A stretch of 26,883 nucleotides of DNA from Gemmatimonadales bacterium (GTDB lineage Bacteria; Gemmatimonadota; Gemmatimonadetes; Gemmatimonadales; GWC2-71-9), in NCBI GenBank assembly GCA_038223815.1, contig JBBRGR010000001.1, positions 1 through 26,883 of the forward strand, read 5' to 3'. Below, one piece after another: positions 1 through 8,275 of the stretch. The notes under the pieces were generated by a model. That model was given only the letters and a program-made list of their open reading frames with translations. It did no database searches and was not told the DNA's origin. Positions within the stretch are counted from its first letter, which is position 1. Each line of letters starts with the position of its first letter. The position numbers and the translations under genes were made by a program.

Positions 1-1566
1 CGGCTCGTACTGCGGTCCACCTCCCTGCACCGTGAAGTAGAGCCAGGCGCAGAGCATGCCGCCCAGGTCGCGATGTCGCGCCCACACCGGGTCGGTCGCG
101 ATTTCCGTGGTGATCACCGCCGCGTTGTGCCATGCTGCGGCACCGCACGACCCCGCCTCCGGGCCGATCGGCTCCCCCTCGATCGCTTCCGAGAAGCCGA
201 CCGGAAGGTGCGGAGCCGCCCCCACCCTGAGCCGTCCTTCGCGCACCAGCATGATCGAGCCCCGCGCCCCGTCCACCAGCGTCTCCACGGAATGCACCAG
301 GTCCGCCAGGATCTCCGCCAAAGGTGCCCGGCCTGCGAGGTGTTCGAGCGCCCTCCGCTGCAGCGCCTCGATCGCGCGGGCGCGGCGTAGCTCGGTCACG
401 TCCCGCACGGTGCCGAACACGAGTCCCTCGGCCCGATCCGGGTACGCCTCCCACGACAAGCGGCGCCAGCCTCCCTCGGCGTGCAGGTAGCGATTCTCGA
501 AGTCCCGCGTCTGTTCTCCTGCCTCCAGCCGGTCCCGTTGATCCGCGGTGGCAGCGAGATCGTCAGGATGGAGCCAGGTCGTCCATGGGACGGCGAGCAA
601 CTCGTCCCGGCTCCGTCCCAGCATCCGGCAGAAGGCATCATTGACACGGCGGAAGTACTGATCCGTACCAGCCACCACCAAGCCATCCAGGTTCGACTCG
701 AAGCAGTACTGCAGCAGTGTGGCATTCCGCTGCGCGAGCACAAGCGCACTCAGCCGCGGCACAAATCGCTCCATCAGCGCGCACCACGGATCGGCGGCAA
801 GGGCCGCCCTATGCAAGAAGAGCAGCACCCCGAGGGGGCGGCCGCCATCGAGCACCGGGATTGCCAACGCGCTCGTCAGCCCGGCATCCCGCGCAAGATC
901 GCTGCGCAGGAACCCCGCCTCGACCGTGAGCGCATCGAGGCGAAGCCACGTCCCCTTCGCTACGGCGCGTCCCGGGAGACCATGGCGGAGCGAGATCGCG
1001 TCATGCCGCGATGCCGCCAGAAAAGCGTCGAGCTCTGGCCGACCACTCGCGAAAGCGGCGTGCAACCGCCAGCCATGATCCCCATGTGGCAACCAGAGTT
1101 CGCCGATCTCCCAGCCAGCCAAGCGACGGAATTCCTCAGCCGCACGCGCCAACATGCCGAGGGTTCCGGCGCCGTCCGAAGGGGAGACCACCAGACACCC
1201 CTCGAGCTCCTCGAGTTGCTGGCGAACGACGCGTGCGGTGCTGTCCCTACCGAAGATCACCACGCGCTCGTGGTGCGCCTGCACCCGGAAGTCCATCCAG
1301 ACCGGTTGCAGATCCAGGCATTCCGTGAACTCGACCACGACCCCATCCTGCCCGGCGCGCTGTGTGGCATGCTCGAGGCGATGACGGAGGGGCTCCGACA
1401 AATGGCGCCAGAGGGGGGCGTCGGTCGGCACGGCGTCGGCGCGGCCGAGGAGGGCCTCGCTCCGGGTGTTGCGATAGACAATGTGCCCGGCCATGTCGGT
1501 GACGATGATGACATCATCCACACCGTCCAGGGCCTGAAGGAGCGTCGCCTGCCCTTGCTGCATCAT
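1..1566 (-). CDS. PAS/GAF/PAS/GAF multi-sensor signal transduction protein, 3'-truncated by the window edge (output domain not visible)
   Basis: Translated by hand (not in the ORF track because there is no stop in the window). Open frame from ATG 1566 to base 1: MMQQGQATLLQALDGVDDVIIVTDMAGHIVYRN (PAS), GWEIGELW...GLPGRA...GLTSALAIPV (GAF), FRRVNDAFCRMLGRSRDELLAVPWTTWLHPDD...FENRYLHAEGGWRRLSW...GTVRDVTE (PAS/PAC), GSIMLV...APHLP...IGPEAGSCGAAAW (GAF). Confidence 0.85.
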   Translation of the reverse strand, partial: MMQQGQATLLQALDGVDDVIIVTDMAGHIVYRNTRSEALLGRADAVPTDAPLWRHLSEPLRHRLEHATQRAGQDGVVVEFTECLDLQPVWMDFRVQAHHERVVIFGRDSTARVVRQQLEELEGCLVVSPSDGAGTLGMLARAAEEFRRLAGWEIGELWLPHGDHGWRLHAAFASGRPELDAFLAASRHDAISLRHGLPGRAVAKGTWLRLDALTVEAGFLRSDLARDAGLTSALAIPVLDGGRPLGVLLFLHRAALAADPWCALMERFVPRLSALVLAQRNATLLQYCFESNLDGLVVAGTDQYFRRVNDAFCRMLGRSRDELLAVPWTTWLHPDDLAATADQRDRLEAGEQTRDFENRYLHAEGGWRRLSWEAYPDRAEGLVFGTVRDVTELRRARAIEALQRRALEHLAGRAPLAEILADLVHSVETLVDGARGSIMLVREGRLRVGAAPHLPVGFSEAIEGEPIGPEAGSCGAAAWHNAAVITTEIATDPVWARHRDLGGMLCAWLYFTVQGGGPQYEP

Positions 1567-1683
1567 CGCGCCACCACACGGCCGAAGGAGCTGCTTGATG
1601 GAGAAGCCGGAACAATACGACCAATCGCCGTCCAGCGATACCGACGCCTAGGGCGACTGGTCGCATGGCGATAGTTTGCCATC

Positions 1684-2517
1684 ATGCCGCTGCTTGATCT
1701 CGTCACGTCGTGGGTCGCGGTCGTCAGCGCGGGCGGCGACGCAACCGCCCGGTTCCGCGCGCGTCACGCCGCGCTTCTGGAACGCGTCCGACGCCAGGCG
1801 GCGCCGGACCGGACCGCACTCCCGTTGCTGCCGCACGGCCTCCTCCTCGACCTCGCGGTCCGCCAGGCGCATGACGCGACCACCCTCGATGCGTTGGAGC
1901 ACGTCGAACGCGCCGCCGCGGCGCTTGGCGCGGACGTTCCACATACCACCGTCCTGCTCGCCCAGGATGGCCCGGGGGAATCGATGCTGGCGCTGCCAGG
2001 CGACCCGTCACTCGTGGTGCTCTCTCTGGCGCAGCGCACGGACGCGACCGCGCTGTCGCTCGCCAAGGTGCGCGGGCAGGCGCTGCTCACCCGATGGAGC
2101 GCCTCCGAGGGCGCATCACCTCTTCGGACCGTGGCGCAGGGAATGGTCTGGGATCGATGGGAGCTGGCACGCACCACACGACTGCGTGAGTGGCTCTATG
2201 CGAGCGGGGTCGCCACCCACCTCGCGGCGGCCGTACTGCCGACACTCGCCCCGCACCAACTGCTGGGACTCAAGCGGGGCGAGCTGGCGCGGCTCCGCGA
2301 ACGAGAACGCCCACTCCGCGACCTGCTCGCGACGGAGATGGATCACACCGGCCTCGGCCCACTCCTCCGCTGGCTGATTCCGGAGACACCGGCAGGGCTG
2401 CGCACCACGACCACGCAGATCATTCCGCCGGGCGCCGGAAACTATCTGGCGTGGCGGATGACCGCGGAACGGGTGGAACGGGTCGGGCTCCGCGAGGCGC
2501 TGCGACTCGAGGCGTGA
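1684..2517 (+). CDS. Hypothetical protein (277 aa), resembling the DUF2268-type Zn-peptidase layout but lacking HExxH
   Basis: Protein-like composition, GC-rich third positions, TAGTTT 6 nt upstream of the ATG. The C-terminal pattern LYASGVATHL...P...LLRWL...GAGNYLAWRM recalls DUF2268 (pattern recognition only). Confidence 0.7.
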   Translation: MPLLDLVTSWVAVVSAGGDATARFRARHAALLERVRRQAAPDRTALPLLPHGLLLDLAVRQAHDATTLDALEHVERAAAALGADVPHTTVLLAQDGPGESMLALPGDPSLVVLSLAQRTDATALSLAKVRGQALLTRWSASEGASPLRTVAQGMVWDRWELARTTRLREWLYASGVATHLAAAVLPTLAPHQLLGLKRGELARLRERERPLRDLLATEMDHTGLGPLLRWLIPETPAGLRTTTTQIIPPGAGNYLAWRMTAERVERVGLREALRLEA

Positions 2518-2526
2518 CGCCGTGGG

Positions 2527-2766
2527 TCAGGGAGTCGGCGCGACCACCGGTTGCATGGTCAGCGCATTGTGTGCGCCGTCGCAGACCGGCCACTTGGCAC
2601 TCTGGCCACAGGAACAGAGCGAGAGCCGCTGCTGGTTCACGCGGGGTGGGAGCGCGATGGGGTTGCCATCCGCATCCACCACCTCAAAGTCGCCGTTCAG
2701 GACATAGGGCGCGCAGGGCGTGGCACTGCGGATCGTCACGCGGAGGGGCATGGGGGTCTCAGACAT
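2527..2766 (-). CDS. CDGSH iron-sulfur (2Fe-2S) domain protein, 79 aa
   Basis: [17 protein letters not shown] fits the CDGSH consensus C-x-C-x2-S-x3-P-x-C-D-G-[SA]-H; upstream [15 protein letters not shown] strand is typical. Start placed at ATG 2766; the longer ORF-track call runs through a DNA repeat. Confidence 0.9.
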   Translation of the reverse strand: MSETPMPLRVTIRSATPCAPYVLNGDFEVVDADGNPIALPPRVNQQRLSLCSCGQSAKWPVCDGAHNALTMQPVVAPTP

Positions 2767-2780
2767 TCCCAAACATAGCA

Positions 2781-2923
2781 GGGGCGACGCATGCGTCGCC
2801 CCAGCAGGCGTCGCCCCAGCATGCGTCGCCCCAGCAGGCGTCGCCCCAGCATGTGTCGCCCCAGCATGCGTCGCCCCAGCAGGCGTCGCCCCAGCAGGCG
2901 TCGCCCCAGCAGGCGTCGCCCCG
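2781..2923. repeat. REP-like palindrome GGGGCGACGCATGCGTCGCCCC (2781-2802) with nine tandem 15-bp half-site units GCA[T/G]G[C/T]GTCGCCCC[A/G] (2789-2923)
   Basis: Read directly from the sequence; intergenic between the RDD-SpoIIM stop (2940) and the CDGSH start (2766). Confidence 0.95.
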
Positions 2924-2939
2924 ACCCGCACCGCCAGAT

Positions 2940-4688
2940 CTAGCGCGCCCGGGCGCTCCACGCGCCCGCAGCCAGATAGGTCGCCAACAACACCGCCGAC
3001 CCTCCGCTCACCAGCCACCGCGTCGTCAACGTGGCCGTGCTCGCCGAGATGAGTCCTTCGATCAGACCGGCCACCAGCAACAGCACCACGGCCGCACCAA
3101 CCATGGGCAGTGCGCATCGCGAGGCCAGCACCAGGGCGTCGCGACGGCTATAGTCGCCGGGCACGATGACAGCGCGCCCCAGCAGGAAGCCGGCCGCGCC
3201 CGCCACCCAGATCGCGAACAACTCCAGCACCCCGTGGCCCAGCACGAAACTCCACAGGTACCCGAGCACTCCCAGATTGGCGTAGTGGCCGCTGATCGCG
3301 CCGAGCTGCAGGCCGTTCATCGCCAGCAGGAGGAGCGAGCCGACCCCGAGGACGATCCCCGAGGCGAAGCAGAGTGCCGCCACGCGCACGTTGTTGGCAA
3401 TGATCGAGGTGGCCATCACCGGCCGCTGATCGGCACCCATCTCGACGTAGCCACTGCCCGCGGGGCCGCGGTGCTGGCCTGCTTCCGCGCGCTCGAGCAT
3501 CACGTCGGGAATCAGCGAGGGTGCCAGGCCGGGTTGCTCCCGCAACAGCGCGTAGCCGGCCACCCCGGGGAGGATGAAGAGCGCGGCCGCGAGCAGCACC
3601 GTGCGCCACGACGCCACCACCGCCGCAGGCGCATCCGTCGTCACGAAGCGCCAGAGGGTCTTCCAGTTGCGTCCCTCGGCGCGATACAGGGCGTTGTGTC
3701 CTGCGGCCACCAACCGTTCGAGTCGTGCCGTCGTGGTGGCGTCGGCGCCGTAGGTGCGGACGCGCGCCAGATCGGCGGCCACCTCCCGATAGCGCGCCGC
3801 GAAGTCCGGCAACTCCTCGGCGCTCAGCACATCGAGCCCGCCACGTGCCACCCGCGTCGCCAGCAGATCAAAGGCATCCCAGCGAGTTCCCTTGCGCGCC
3901 ACGAGTCGCTCGGCGACCGAACGACGACCACTGCCACCGCGTGCACCAAACTTGCCACGGCGTCTGCCCCGTTCCCGTTCGAAGAGCTCCTGCAGGAACA
4001 GAAAATCATCCGCAGGACGCAGCGGGAAGCGTGCGGCGAGCCGAGACGCGAACTGGGTCGCGAAGCGATTGCGCACTGGGCGCGGCAGTGCGGGGGCGCG
4101 CCCGATGAACTCGCGAACCAGCGCGAACTCGTCGTCCGGAAGCTCTGGCGAGCCGCCATCGCCTTCGTCCTCGTCCTTGTCGGCGGCGGACGTCGTCGGG
4201 ACGGCCACCTCCACCGGCAGATCCCGGACGACCACCGTCCCGGCGACCAGATCGCCGAGTCGTTTGGCGCGCGGGTGCACCGCGATCAGGATCAGGCCGA
4301 TCATCCCGACAAGGTCGATCGGCGTGAGCAGATGGCGTGTGGCCGCATCGGCGAAAGTCAGCCCATGCCCGCTCTCGCGAATCGTGCGGATCCCGACCAA
4401 CCGCTTGCCGGGGGTCTGGCCGCGGCGAAGCCCCTCGAAGAGCGCGAAGTAGAGCCAGACGAGCGAATAGAGCAGCAACACCTGCAGCGCCGTCACCCAG
4501 GCCGAGAAGTTGCCCCAGAAGACCAGCGAGAGGGTCAACGCGAACGACAGTACACCGATCAGGAGTAGATCCACGATCGCCGCCATGGCGCGACTCCCCG
4601 CGCCGGCCAGCTCGTAGTCGAGGACCACGTGCTCGGGGGTTTCGAGTTCCAGGTGCTGTCGGTAGCTCGGTGCTGGGGCGTCGGCCAT
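2940..4688 (-). CDS. RDD-family domain fused to a SpoIIM/DUF95 membrane domain (582 aa)
   Basis: N-term LETPEHVVLDYELAGAGSRAMAAIVD...GQTPGKRLVGIR...KRLGDLVAGTVVV (RDD). C-term FAARYREVAADLAR...IIANNVRVAALCFASG...NGLQLG...HGVLELFAIWVAGAAG...AGLIEG (SpoIIM). Start moved to ATG 4688 because the longer ORF overlaps the divergent gene. Confidence 0.9.
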   Translation of the reverse strand: MADAPAPSYRQHLELETPEHVVLDYELAGAGSRAMAAIVDLLLIGVLSFALTLSLVFWGNFSAWVTALQVLLLYSLVWLYFALFEGLRRGQTPGKRLVGIRTIRESGHGLTFADAATRHLLTPIDLVGMIGLILIAVHPRAKRLGDLVAGTVVVRDLPVEVAVPTTSAADKDEDEGDGGSPELPDDEFALVREFIGRAPALPRPVRNRFATQFASRLAARFPLRPADDFLFLQELFERERGRRRGKFGARGGSGRRSVAERLVARKGTRWDAFDLLATRVARGGLDVLSAEELPDFAARYREVAADLARVRTYGADATTTARLERLVAAGHNALYRAEGRNWKTLWRFVTTDAPAAVVASWRTVLLAAALFILPGVAGYALLREQPGLAPSLIPDVMLERAEAGQHRGPAGSGYVEMGADQRPVMATSIIANNVRVAALCFASGIVLGVGSLLLLAMNGLQLGAISGHYANLGVLGYLWSFVLGHGVLELFAIWVAGAAGFLLGRAVIVPGDYSRRDALVLASRCALPMVGAAVVLLLVAGLIEGLISASTATLTTRWLVSGGSAVLLATYLAAGAWSARAR

Positions 4689-4731
4689 GGACCCGGGGGA
4701 CGTGGGGGGTGCCGGAACGTCGGGGACCCGG

Positions 4732-4738
4732 TAATCTA
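4732..4738. promoter_or_regulatory. Overlapping bidirectional -10-like elements (TAATCT on +, TAGATT on -)
   Basis: TAATCTA heptamer in a very GC-rich divergent intergenic region; no clear -35 elements found. Confidence 0.4.
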
Positions 4739-4790
4739 CGGTGTCGCCGGGTGCCTGCCCACCTCCACTCTCCCGTCCGGAGCTCCTTCG

Positions 4791-5537
4791 ATGCGCGCAC
4801 CGATTCTGCGCCCGCTCTCTGCTGGTGAAGTGCTCGATGTGTCGTTCGGCGTCTATCGTGCGCACTTCGTGCCACTGGTCACCATTGCGGCAATCACCCG
4901 CGCGTTGCCGGACTCCCTGGCGATCTTCGTCGAGGCGTCCGGGGGCATCGCCCAGAATCTGCCGCTTGGCTTTCTCCAATTGGTGTGCTCTGTCGCGCTC
5001 TCGATGATCGGCGTCGCGGCCACCACGTCGATCGTCTCCGATGCCTACCTCGGCCGTTCGATGCAGGCGATGGAAGCCGTGCGGAACGCCACGGGCATGC
5101 TCGGCCGGCTGTTGGTGGTCTCGATTGGCAGCACGATCCTGATCTTCGCCGGCCTCATCCTGCTGCTGATCCCGGGGCTGATCGCGCTGTCCGGCCTTGC
5201 CCTCGCGTCCGTCGTGGTCGTCCTGGAGCAACGCACCGGAATGGATGCCCTGCAGCGTTCCTGGGATCTCACCAAGGGGTTTCGCCGTAAAGTCCTGCTG
5301 GTGATCGGCATTGCGCTCGTCTTCCTGATCGTGCCGACCATGGTGATGGGGGTGGTCAGCGCGATTGCGACCGCGTCGATCGAACCGAACCTCTGGGTGA
5401 TGGTCGGTAGTTCGGTCCTGTCCATTTTCATCTTCCCCTTTCTGTACGTCGCGACCGTCGTGCTCTACTACGACATCCGGGTGCGGAAGGAAGGCTTTGA
5501 TCTCGAGCTGTTGGCCGGGGACGTTCCCGCGACGTGA
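4791..5537 (+). CDS. Integral membrane protein of the MoxR/DUF58 cluster (248 aa; GDPD-membrane-domain-like)
   Basis: MRAPILRPLSAGEVLDVSFGVYR start, several hydrophobic helices, ALQRSWDLTKG and VLYYDIRVRKEGFDLE C-terminal motif typical of genes preceding DUF4129. GGAG upstream of ATG 4791. Confidence 0.8.
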   Translation: MRAPILRPLSAGEVLDVSFGVYRAHFVPLVTIAAITRALPDSLAIFVEASGGIAQNLPLGFLQLVCSVALSMIGVAATTSIVSDAYLGRSMQAMEAVRNATGMLGRLLVVSIGSTILIFAGLILLLIPGLIALSGLALASVVVVLEQRTGMDALQRSWDLTKGFRRKVLLVIGIALVFLIVPTMVMGVVSAIATASIEPNLWVMVGSSVLSIFIFPFLYVATVVLYYDIRVRKEGFDLELLAGDVPAT

Positions 5538-6139
5538 CCCTCCAGTCCGGGGATTCGCTCCGCACCGTGCTGGATTCGGTGTTCGCCGCCCCGGTCTATC
5601 GCTGGGTCGAGCCGACGGACCCGTTTACCACGCTCCGGCGGCGTGTGGCGCAGGTGGTGGATTGGATCCGACACCTCGAGTCGAACAGTCCCGCGCTCTA
5701 TTATCTGGTGATGGGCGTCCTGATGGTGGTGTTGGTCGCGCTGCTGGTGCATATCGGCTGGCTCGTCTGGCAGACGCTGCGGGCGCCGCCGGTCGTGGCC
5801 GCCGAGACACCCCAGACCGCCGTGCGCCGGGATGCCGCGTGGTATCGCGCGGAGGCGGATCGGCTTGCCAGCGCCGAGCGCTACCGTGAGGCGGTGCAGG
5901 CGGATTTTCTCGCGCTGGTCCTCACCCTCGACGCCTGGGGCGCGGTGCACTTCCATCCCAGCAAGACGCCGGCGGAGTACCTGAGCGAACCGGCGCTGCG
6001 TGGGGAGTCGCGCGAAGACTTTCGCGCGCTGGTGCGGCAACTCTATCGGATCGGGTTCGGGGGCGAGCCGTGCGACGCCGCCAGCTACCTCGCGTGGCGC
6101 CGTCATGCGGCACCGGAGCGCTATGCGGCCGCGCACTGA
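5534..6139 (+). CDS. DUF4129 domain membrane protein (201 aa)
   Basis: GTGA overlap with the upstream stop; one TM helix, then ADRLASAERYREAV...SKTPAEYL...FRALVRQLYRIGFGG. Confidence 0.8.
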   Translation: MTLQSGDSLRTVLDSVFAAPVYRWVEPTDPFTTLRRRVAQVVDWIRHLESNSPALYYLVMGVLMVVLVALLVHIGWLVWQTLRAPPVVAAETPQTAVRRDAAWYRAEADRLASAERYREAVQADFLALVLTLDAWGAVHFHPSKTPAEYLSEPALRGESREDFRALVRQLYRIGFGGEPCDAASYLAWRRHAAPERYAAAH

Positions 6140-7313
6140 ACTCCTGCTCGTCGTCACCACGGTGGCGCTGCTCGGTGCCGCCGCCGCCCTGCTCGCGGAC
6201 CGCAGCAAGATCATCTCGACCGACGCACGCCCCTCGACCCTCCTGAACGGGCCGGGCGGCACCAGCGGCTTCCTTGAGGCGAGCCGCGCCCTCGGCCTCT
6301 CGACCCGACGCTTCCGCGACCGCACCACGCGCCTCGTCGCCCCTGACACGGGTCGACGGACCGTGTTGGCCATCCTCGGGCCCTCGGCGCCGCTCAGCGG
6401 CCCCGAGCGCGCCGCGGTCGAGCGCTTCCGCCGCACCGGGGATCTGCTCATCGCCGGGCTCTCGGCCAGCGGACTGATGCGCTGCTACGGCTATCGCGTG
6501 CGGTCGCATCTGCTGGATCCGCTCGTCGCACGCGAAGCATCGGTGAAGGTGCTGGCGGTGTTGCAACCGACTGGTGAGAAGGTGGCCACGGATTCAAGTC
6601 GCGCGTTCGACACCGGCACCTCCCGGTGCGAGGTGCCCACGTATGCGCGCGTCACGCCACTGCTCACAACGCCGAAGGGCGTGGTCGCTGTGCGCCTGGA
6701 ACCCGCCGATTCGAGTGGGGCGATTGTCCTGGTGGCGGATGTGGCACTCTTTTCGAATCGCGAGGTGCGGCGCCGCGACAGCGGTGCGGGCCCCTTTGTC
6801 CTCGGGCTCGTCGCGGGGCGCTACGATGACCTCGTCGTCGAGGAGTATCATCATGGCTTCGGAGCGGCGGGATCGCTCAGCGACGAAGTCCTCGCCTGGA
6901 GTGGCCGCTCTCCCTGGGGGTGGGCCGCCTGGCAACTCGCTGCCGTCGGGGTGCTCGCGTTGCTGGTCGATGCCTTCCGCTTCGGACCGATCACAGGTCG
7001 GGTCGATCGGCCACGACGCAATCCGCTCGAGCACCTTCGCGCGCTGGCCACTGCGCTCTCCGCCGCCAAGGGCCACGACGAAGCGATCGGCGCGATCGTC
7101 CGTGGCCTCCGGCGTCGGTTGACCCCGACCTCGCTCCGCCCACGGGGGGATTGGCGTCGATGGCTGGTCGAGCAGGACCGCACCATCACCTCCGTCGAGG
7201 GCCGTCGCGCCCTCGATACCCTGATTCATCTCACGGCGCCTGGGCAACCGGCGTCGAGTGTCTTGCAGGCGGCCAACGCCGCGGAGGAACTGTGGCAGAG
7301 CATGCGTACCTGA
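6123..7313 (+). CDS. DUF4350 domain protein (396 aa)
   Basis: N-terminal TM, PSTLLNGPGGTSG, GAIVLVADVALFSNR, VVEEYHHGFG motif, second TM, RRNPLEHLRALA. Position between DUF4129 and MoxR. Confidence 0.85.
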   Translation: MRPRTELLLVVTTVALLGAAAALLADRSKIISTDARPSTLLNGPGGTSGFLEASRALGLSTRRFRDRTTRLVAPDTGRRTVLAILGPSAPLSGPERAAVERFRRTGDLLIAGLSASGLMRCYGYRVRSHLLDPLVAREASVKVLAVLQPTGEKVATDSSRAFDTGTSRCEVPTYARVTPLLTTPKGVVAVRLEPADSSGAIVLVADVALFSNREVRRRDSGAGPFVLGLVAGRYDDLVVEEYHHGFGAAGSLSDEVLAWSGRSPWGWAAWQLAAVGVLALLVDAFRFGPITGRVDRPRRNPLEHLRALATALSAAKGHDEAIGAIVRGLRRRLTPTSLRPRGDWRRWLVEQDRTITSVEGRRALDTLIHLTAPGQPASSVLQAANAAEELWQSMRT

Positions 7314-8275
7314 CGGCTGACGAAGCGATGGCGCACGCCGAACGCGCCGGCCGGATCCTCACCGAGATCCAACGCGTGGTGCTGGGGCAGGATGTGGTGG
7401 TGCGCGAAGCCCTCCATGCGCTGCTGGCGCGCGGCCATGTGCTGCTCGAGGGGCCGCCAGGAACCGCCAAGACGCTGCTCGTCCGTGCCTTCAACGAGGC
7501 GCTGGGTCTCGCCTTCCGGCGGATCCAGTTCACCGCGGACCTGATGCCGTCCGACATCACCGGCGTCAGCATCCTTGGGAGCAGCGGTGAGTTCACCTTC
7601 CGCGCCGGACCACTCTTCGCCGATCTGGTGCTGGCCGACGAGATCAATCGTGCCCCAGCCAAGACGCAGGCCGCCCTGCTCGAGGCGATGGAGGAGCGCA
7701 GCGTCACCGTGGACGGCACCAGTCACCCGATGAGCCCGTCCTTCACGGTGTTTGCCACACAGAACCCGATCGAATTCGAGGGGACCTACCCACTCCCCGA
7801 GGCGGAGCTCGATCGCTTCCTGATCAAGAGCACGTTGCGGTATCCGGACGCCGACACCGAGCAGGGCGTCCTGCATCGGGTCCTCGCTGGCTTCGAGTCC
7901 TCCTCGGTGGCGACCTTCGGTATCGCGCACGTGCTCGATGCGGTGGGCTTGGCCACGCTTCGCGCGGCCGTGCGCCGGGTGCGCGTCGAGCCGGCGCTGG
8001 TCGAGTATATCACGGCGCTGGTGCGCGCCACACGAAACGCGCCGGCACTGACCCTCGGCGCCTCGCCGCGCGCCAGCGTGGCGCTGCTCAAGGTCTCGCA
8101 GGCGGCCGCTCTGGTCGAAGGGCGCGAGTACGTGACCCCGGATGACGTGAAGTCGCTCGCTCCGGCGGTCCTGCGGCACCGGGTGGTGGTGGCACCAGAA
8201 CTGGAACTCGAGGGCGTCTCCGCCGATGACGCGCTGATGACCCTGATTCAGCGGGTCGAGGCACCGCGCGGGTGA
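7292..8275 (+). CDS. MoxR-family AAA+ ATPase (327 aa)
   Basis: Walker A LLEGPPGTAKT, RIQFTADLMPSDITG, Walker B LADEINRAPAKTQAALLEAMEE, ATQNPIEFEGTYPLPEAELDRF, GASPRA. GGAGG at 7283-7287 ahead of GTG 7292. Confidence 0.95.
   Translation: MAEHAYLTADEAMAHAERAGRILTEIQRVVLGQDVVVREALHALLARGHVLLEGPPGTAKTLLVRAFNEALGLAFRRIQFTADLMPSDITGVSILGSSGEFTFRAGPLFADLVLADEINRAPAKTQAALLEAMEERSVTVDGTSHPMSPSFTVFATQNPIEFEGTYPLPEAELDRFLIKSTLRYPDADTEQGVLHRVLAGFESSSVATFGIAHVLDAVGLATLRAAVRRVRVEPALVEYITALVRATRNAPALTLGASPRASVALLKVSQAAALVEGREYVTPDDVKSLAPAVLRHRVVVAPELELEGVSADDALMTLIQRVEAPRG

Noticed and set aside
481-1674. 397-aa plus-strand ORF
   Set aside because: Antisense shadow of the PAS/GAF gene; no recognisable motifs.
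2789-2923. Possible CRISPR or iteron array
   Set aside because: Contiguous 15-bp units with no spacers, and no rep gene.
2190-4568. 792-aa plus-strand ORF with [10 protein letters not shown] pentapeptide repeats (also the AGATP repeats of the 2527-3117 ORF)
   Set aside because: The peptide repeats are just translations of the 15-bp DNA repeat; the rest is antisense to RDD-SpoIIM.
2940-4688. Sporulation function implied by the SpoIIM name
   Set aside because: DUF95/SpoIIM domains are widespread in non-sporulating bacteria, and no sporulation context is present.
4689-5231. N-terminal extension of RDD-SpoIIM (763 aa in the track)
   Set aside because: Overlaps the divergent membrane-protein gene; homology starts at MADAPAPSYRQHLELETPE.
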